Below, piece by piece: positions 61,023 through 64,000 of a stretch of DNA of 64,000 bases (within the stretch, counting starts at the first letter, position 1; each line of letters starts with the position of its first letter). Made by a program: the position numbers and the translations under genes. Source of the DNA: Amphiscolops sp. MND2022. Taxonomy: Eukaryota. The stretch is from positions 96,536,001 through 96,600,000 of the forward strand of contig OZ076409.1 of the NCBI GenBank assembly GCA_964187785.1. Direction: 5' to 3'. The notes under the pieces are model-generated. The model had not been told where the DNA came from. It searched no databases and saw only the letters and a list, made by a program, of their open reading frames with translations.

Positions 61023-62264
61023 CTTGCTGACATATCCTGTATGGTTCCCCAGAAACAGGAGCCCAAGTTCTTTTGGTCACGTCGTTCCTATTTTCACACT
61101 TTCTTGGATTAAATTTTTCGACAGTGTGAGACTTTCCGAAAATGTTTCAATTTTTCAAAAAGGTCGCATGAAGTAAATGCATTTATACTTTTCCCAATAT
61201 TTTCCATGAGAGTTCTCCAAATTTAATGGTACTTCTTGATTGCAATCATGAGCAATCATTCAATTTAAATTCTCCGTTTCAATCTGTCTTCATGTTAGTT
61301 GACATTTCATGTAGAAAAAGGCCTACTTCAAAGCAATTGTGAAACTTTGCTCAATTTGGTTGTTAAAACTCGAATCAAATGCCTCTTTTTCAACCTCAGT
61401 ACAAAAAGTCCGTGGGAAAAAATTCAGCAAGACAAACTAAATGTAGATAAATTCAATCTTGATATGAATCAGTCTGGTAATGACCACCATTACTAACTTA
61501 TGTTATCATTGTAACAGAGGTTTCAAACAAAGGCTGTTGAAAACAATTTCAAACAACTTTACAGTTATTTTATCTAACAAAACTGCCAATTTGCAAAAAG
61601 TTTTACAATTTTAACGCAAATTATGCAATTTTCAGCAGGTTAATGCCATTTGATGCTGTGAAATCGAGCAGTTTAACAAATCTCTCATTGTTTGCTAATG
61701 AGTCAAATTTGAAGACGGACTTTCGCACCCATTTTCTTAGTCGAGGCCTGAATTTCGAAAATTATTCTTCAGGTTTGCTGACTTGATCTGGCGTGAAGAT
61801 AACACGGCATTTGGTTGTTGAATGAATTATGAATAGGGAAAAACAGAAAACAAAACGAAATTGTTTGAAACTACCGAACACGATTGTTAAATAATGACTT
61901 GTTTTTCAATTGTTTCAACCAAATTTCGACATTAAAAAAACACGTTCGTTTGAACCGAACAAAATTTTATTTGAGAACAAGAATGTAAAAAAAGTAGTTA
62001 TGAACACTTGTATCAAGTGATCGCACTGCATGCCCCGTAGCCACTTCGTGTATTACTCTACTCGACTGTTAATTCCCTGCCATCGATGCTTGACGAATTC
62101 TAACATTTGCAATTGAAAGAACAATATCGATATCGAAATGGTTGTAAAATCATTCAGTAATTTTGTTTTGAGTGATGTCTAGATTATTTTTCCATAACTC
62201 TTAATTTATTGGTTTTCTGATTCTACTTTTTCTCGATACCGAGCAGTTCGTAGCAATTTTTTTC

Positions 62265-62481
62265 TTAGTTAGATTTTTCTTGCCATATTGGGCTTCTTAA
62301 TAAGATTTTTCTTGCCATATTGGGCTTCTTAGTAAGATTTTTCTTGGAAACATGGCTCTCTTGATAAGATCTTACCATGGCATCTTGCAATTCTTGGCAA
62401 TATCTTGTCACGATCTTAGCTAAGATTTTTCCAAGATCTTGCCAAGATCTTACTAAGATATCCATGGAGGGTCGACCCGGG
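62265..62481. repeat. AAGATCTT/AAGATTTT-rich short repeat array ending in CCCGGG (possible MITE arm)
   Basis: Tandem ~32-nt duplication AGATTTTTCTTGCCATATTGGGCTTCTTA plus repeated CCAAGATCTT units. Confidence 0.5.
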
Positions 62482-62740
62482 ACTCCAATTTTCCGCCCAT
62501 ATCTCGGAAACTATTTATATTCAAAATAAATGCTTTTGTTGAAAATTTCTTGGAACTTAATCTAGTTTTCTAGTTTACATTCGTGATTGTTTGAACTTTC
62601 GATGACAAATGTTGCAGAAATTAGTTTTTAATACCTCTATAGGTACTATTTGTTGGCGATCCAAATTTTATTAGATTTTGTCTAAATTGGAAACATTTTG
62701 ATCAACAATTTAGAATTGATTATTTTTCCACTCTCAGTTG

Positions 62741-63139
62741 GGATGCGGGACAAAACAGCCGATTTTAAAACGAGACAAAACAGCCGATTTTTGAAACGGG
62801 ACAAAATGAGTGCTGTTACAGCCAATATGAATGGAACTTTATTTATTTGAAGAGGTTAGCATATTTGTTGCATGGCTCGGTCGCTTCGCTCCTTTCGCCA
62901 AGTAGCAACATTGAGGCATGGCCATATGGCACGTCGCTCCGCTTCGCTTCGCTCCTGCATTTAGGGCACTAGAGGTATGTGAACATAGCTGACTACGTTA
63001 TAATGATAATTGTATTGACTGCTAATCTTACGCATTGACAAAATCGGCGATTTTTATTTTTACCAATCAGCGACTTTGTACTGTTTCCAAATCGGCTGTT
63101 TTGTCCTTTTTTGAAAATCGGCTATTTTGTCCCGCTCGC
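62741..63139. mobile_element. MITE with terminal inverted repeats and an 8-bp flanking direct repeat
   Basis: GCGGGACAAAACAGCCGATTTT ... AAAATCGGCTATTTTGTCCCGC, flanked by CTCAGTTG at 62733-62740 and 63140-63147. Confidence 0.75.
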
Positions 63140-63943
63140 CTCAGTTGTTTAGGTGAAATATTTTTCAGATGAGGGAACAAAGGATTCAAGGGATGTAGAT
63201 GTCTATTGCTTTCAGATTAGTTCTACTTTCGCAACAGGGTTGAGTATCTTAGGAAAATCGATGACATTCAGATGATAAAACTGCTTGTAAGTGTACAAAT
63301 AATGTGTAAGTCAATGTTCGAGAGCGTATGAACTAGGAGGGAATAATCAAGTTACTGTTTCACTGATGAAAGTGGACTCTCTTGCAAAATTTCCTATGGA
63401 GCGAACGATTGGTAAGGCGCAATCCTTTCCATCTAGCGGTCCGATTGGTCCAAATGGGTTGAAGCTAAATGGTTGGTCAAGTGACCAGTTATTACCAACA
63501 TGGTGGCCAGAAGTCTACCGGATACTAATTGATCTATCGTTTCGGCGCGAAACGATAGATGAATTAGTATCCGTGCACATGAAAGATTTGAACACAACTT
63601 AAAATTAAATTTACATGAATCCCATGAAAATAAATGAGCAAGGGTTTGATGTTTAAGAGATCGGTGAAAGTGATTCTTTATACGTCGTTGACTGCAGTTA
63701 AGTTCGCGTTCTAGTGTCATTTTCATCGAACGATGTGAAAACCATGCACGGGTTTCATCATTTTTATATCGTCTTCACTTCCACTAATTTGGGTCTGAAT
63801 TAGGCGATGACAAAGTGATGGATTTCCTTCATCGTTTCTACATCGTTACGAATTAAAAGTAAAAGATTCAGCGTTGGAGCGATGAAAAACGGTTGTTTTC
63901 AGATTTCATGTCACTGCAGTTTTTCAAAGAATGTTAGTTTACA

Positions 63944-64000
63944 TTTTTAGTCGGGGCCTTTTCCCTTAAGGAACAAAGCCCGACTATTACAGTGGGTAGT
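63944..64000 (+). mobile_element. 5' end of a third HINE-like repeat
   Basis: TTTTTAGTCGGG...CCCGACTA, like the start of 9178-9611. Confidence 0.45.

Overview
This is a eukaryotic (metazoan-like) repeat-rich window dominated by four Ty3/gypsy LTR retrotransposons, all with gag-pol on the minus strand. Element D (1 to ~8.2 kb) is truncated by the window edge and has a single gag-pol ORF and a tRNA-Arg-like PBS. Element A (13215-29212, TSD ATATT) sits inside a small TIR element. Element C (30196-58489, TSD CATT) carries an env-like gene, a TARG1/OARD1-type macrodomain in Pol and a J-domain ORF after env. Element B (32822-48409, TSD GTGAT) is nested in the transmembrane segment of C's env. A and B are diverged relatives that share an unusual architecture. 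Gag starts inside the LTR and reads through the PBS. After pol there is an ANTISENSE six-exon gene (zinc finger, hAT-transposase-like remnant) with five introns at the same positions and phases in both elements. A divergently oriented sense ORF (CxxC, SIM-like motif) runs into the 3' LTR across a conserved 22-nt hairpin, and there is no canonical PPT. The remaining DNA holds Helentron-like (HINE) repeats, MITEs, a decayed TRIM-like gene and a possible short spliced host gene. All alignments and counts were done by eye and no database search was run.
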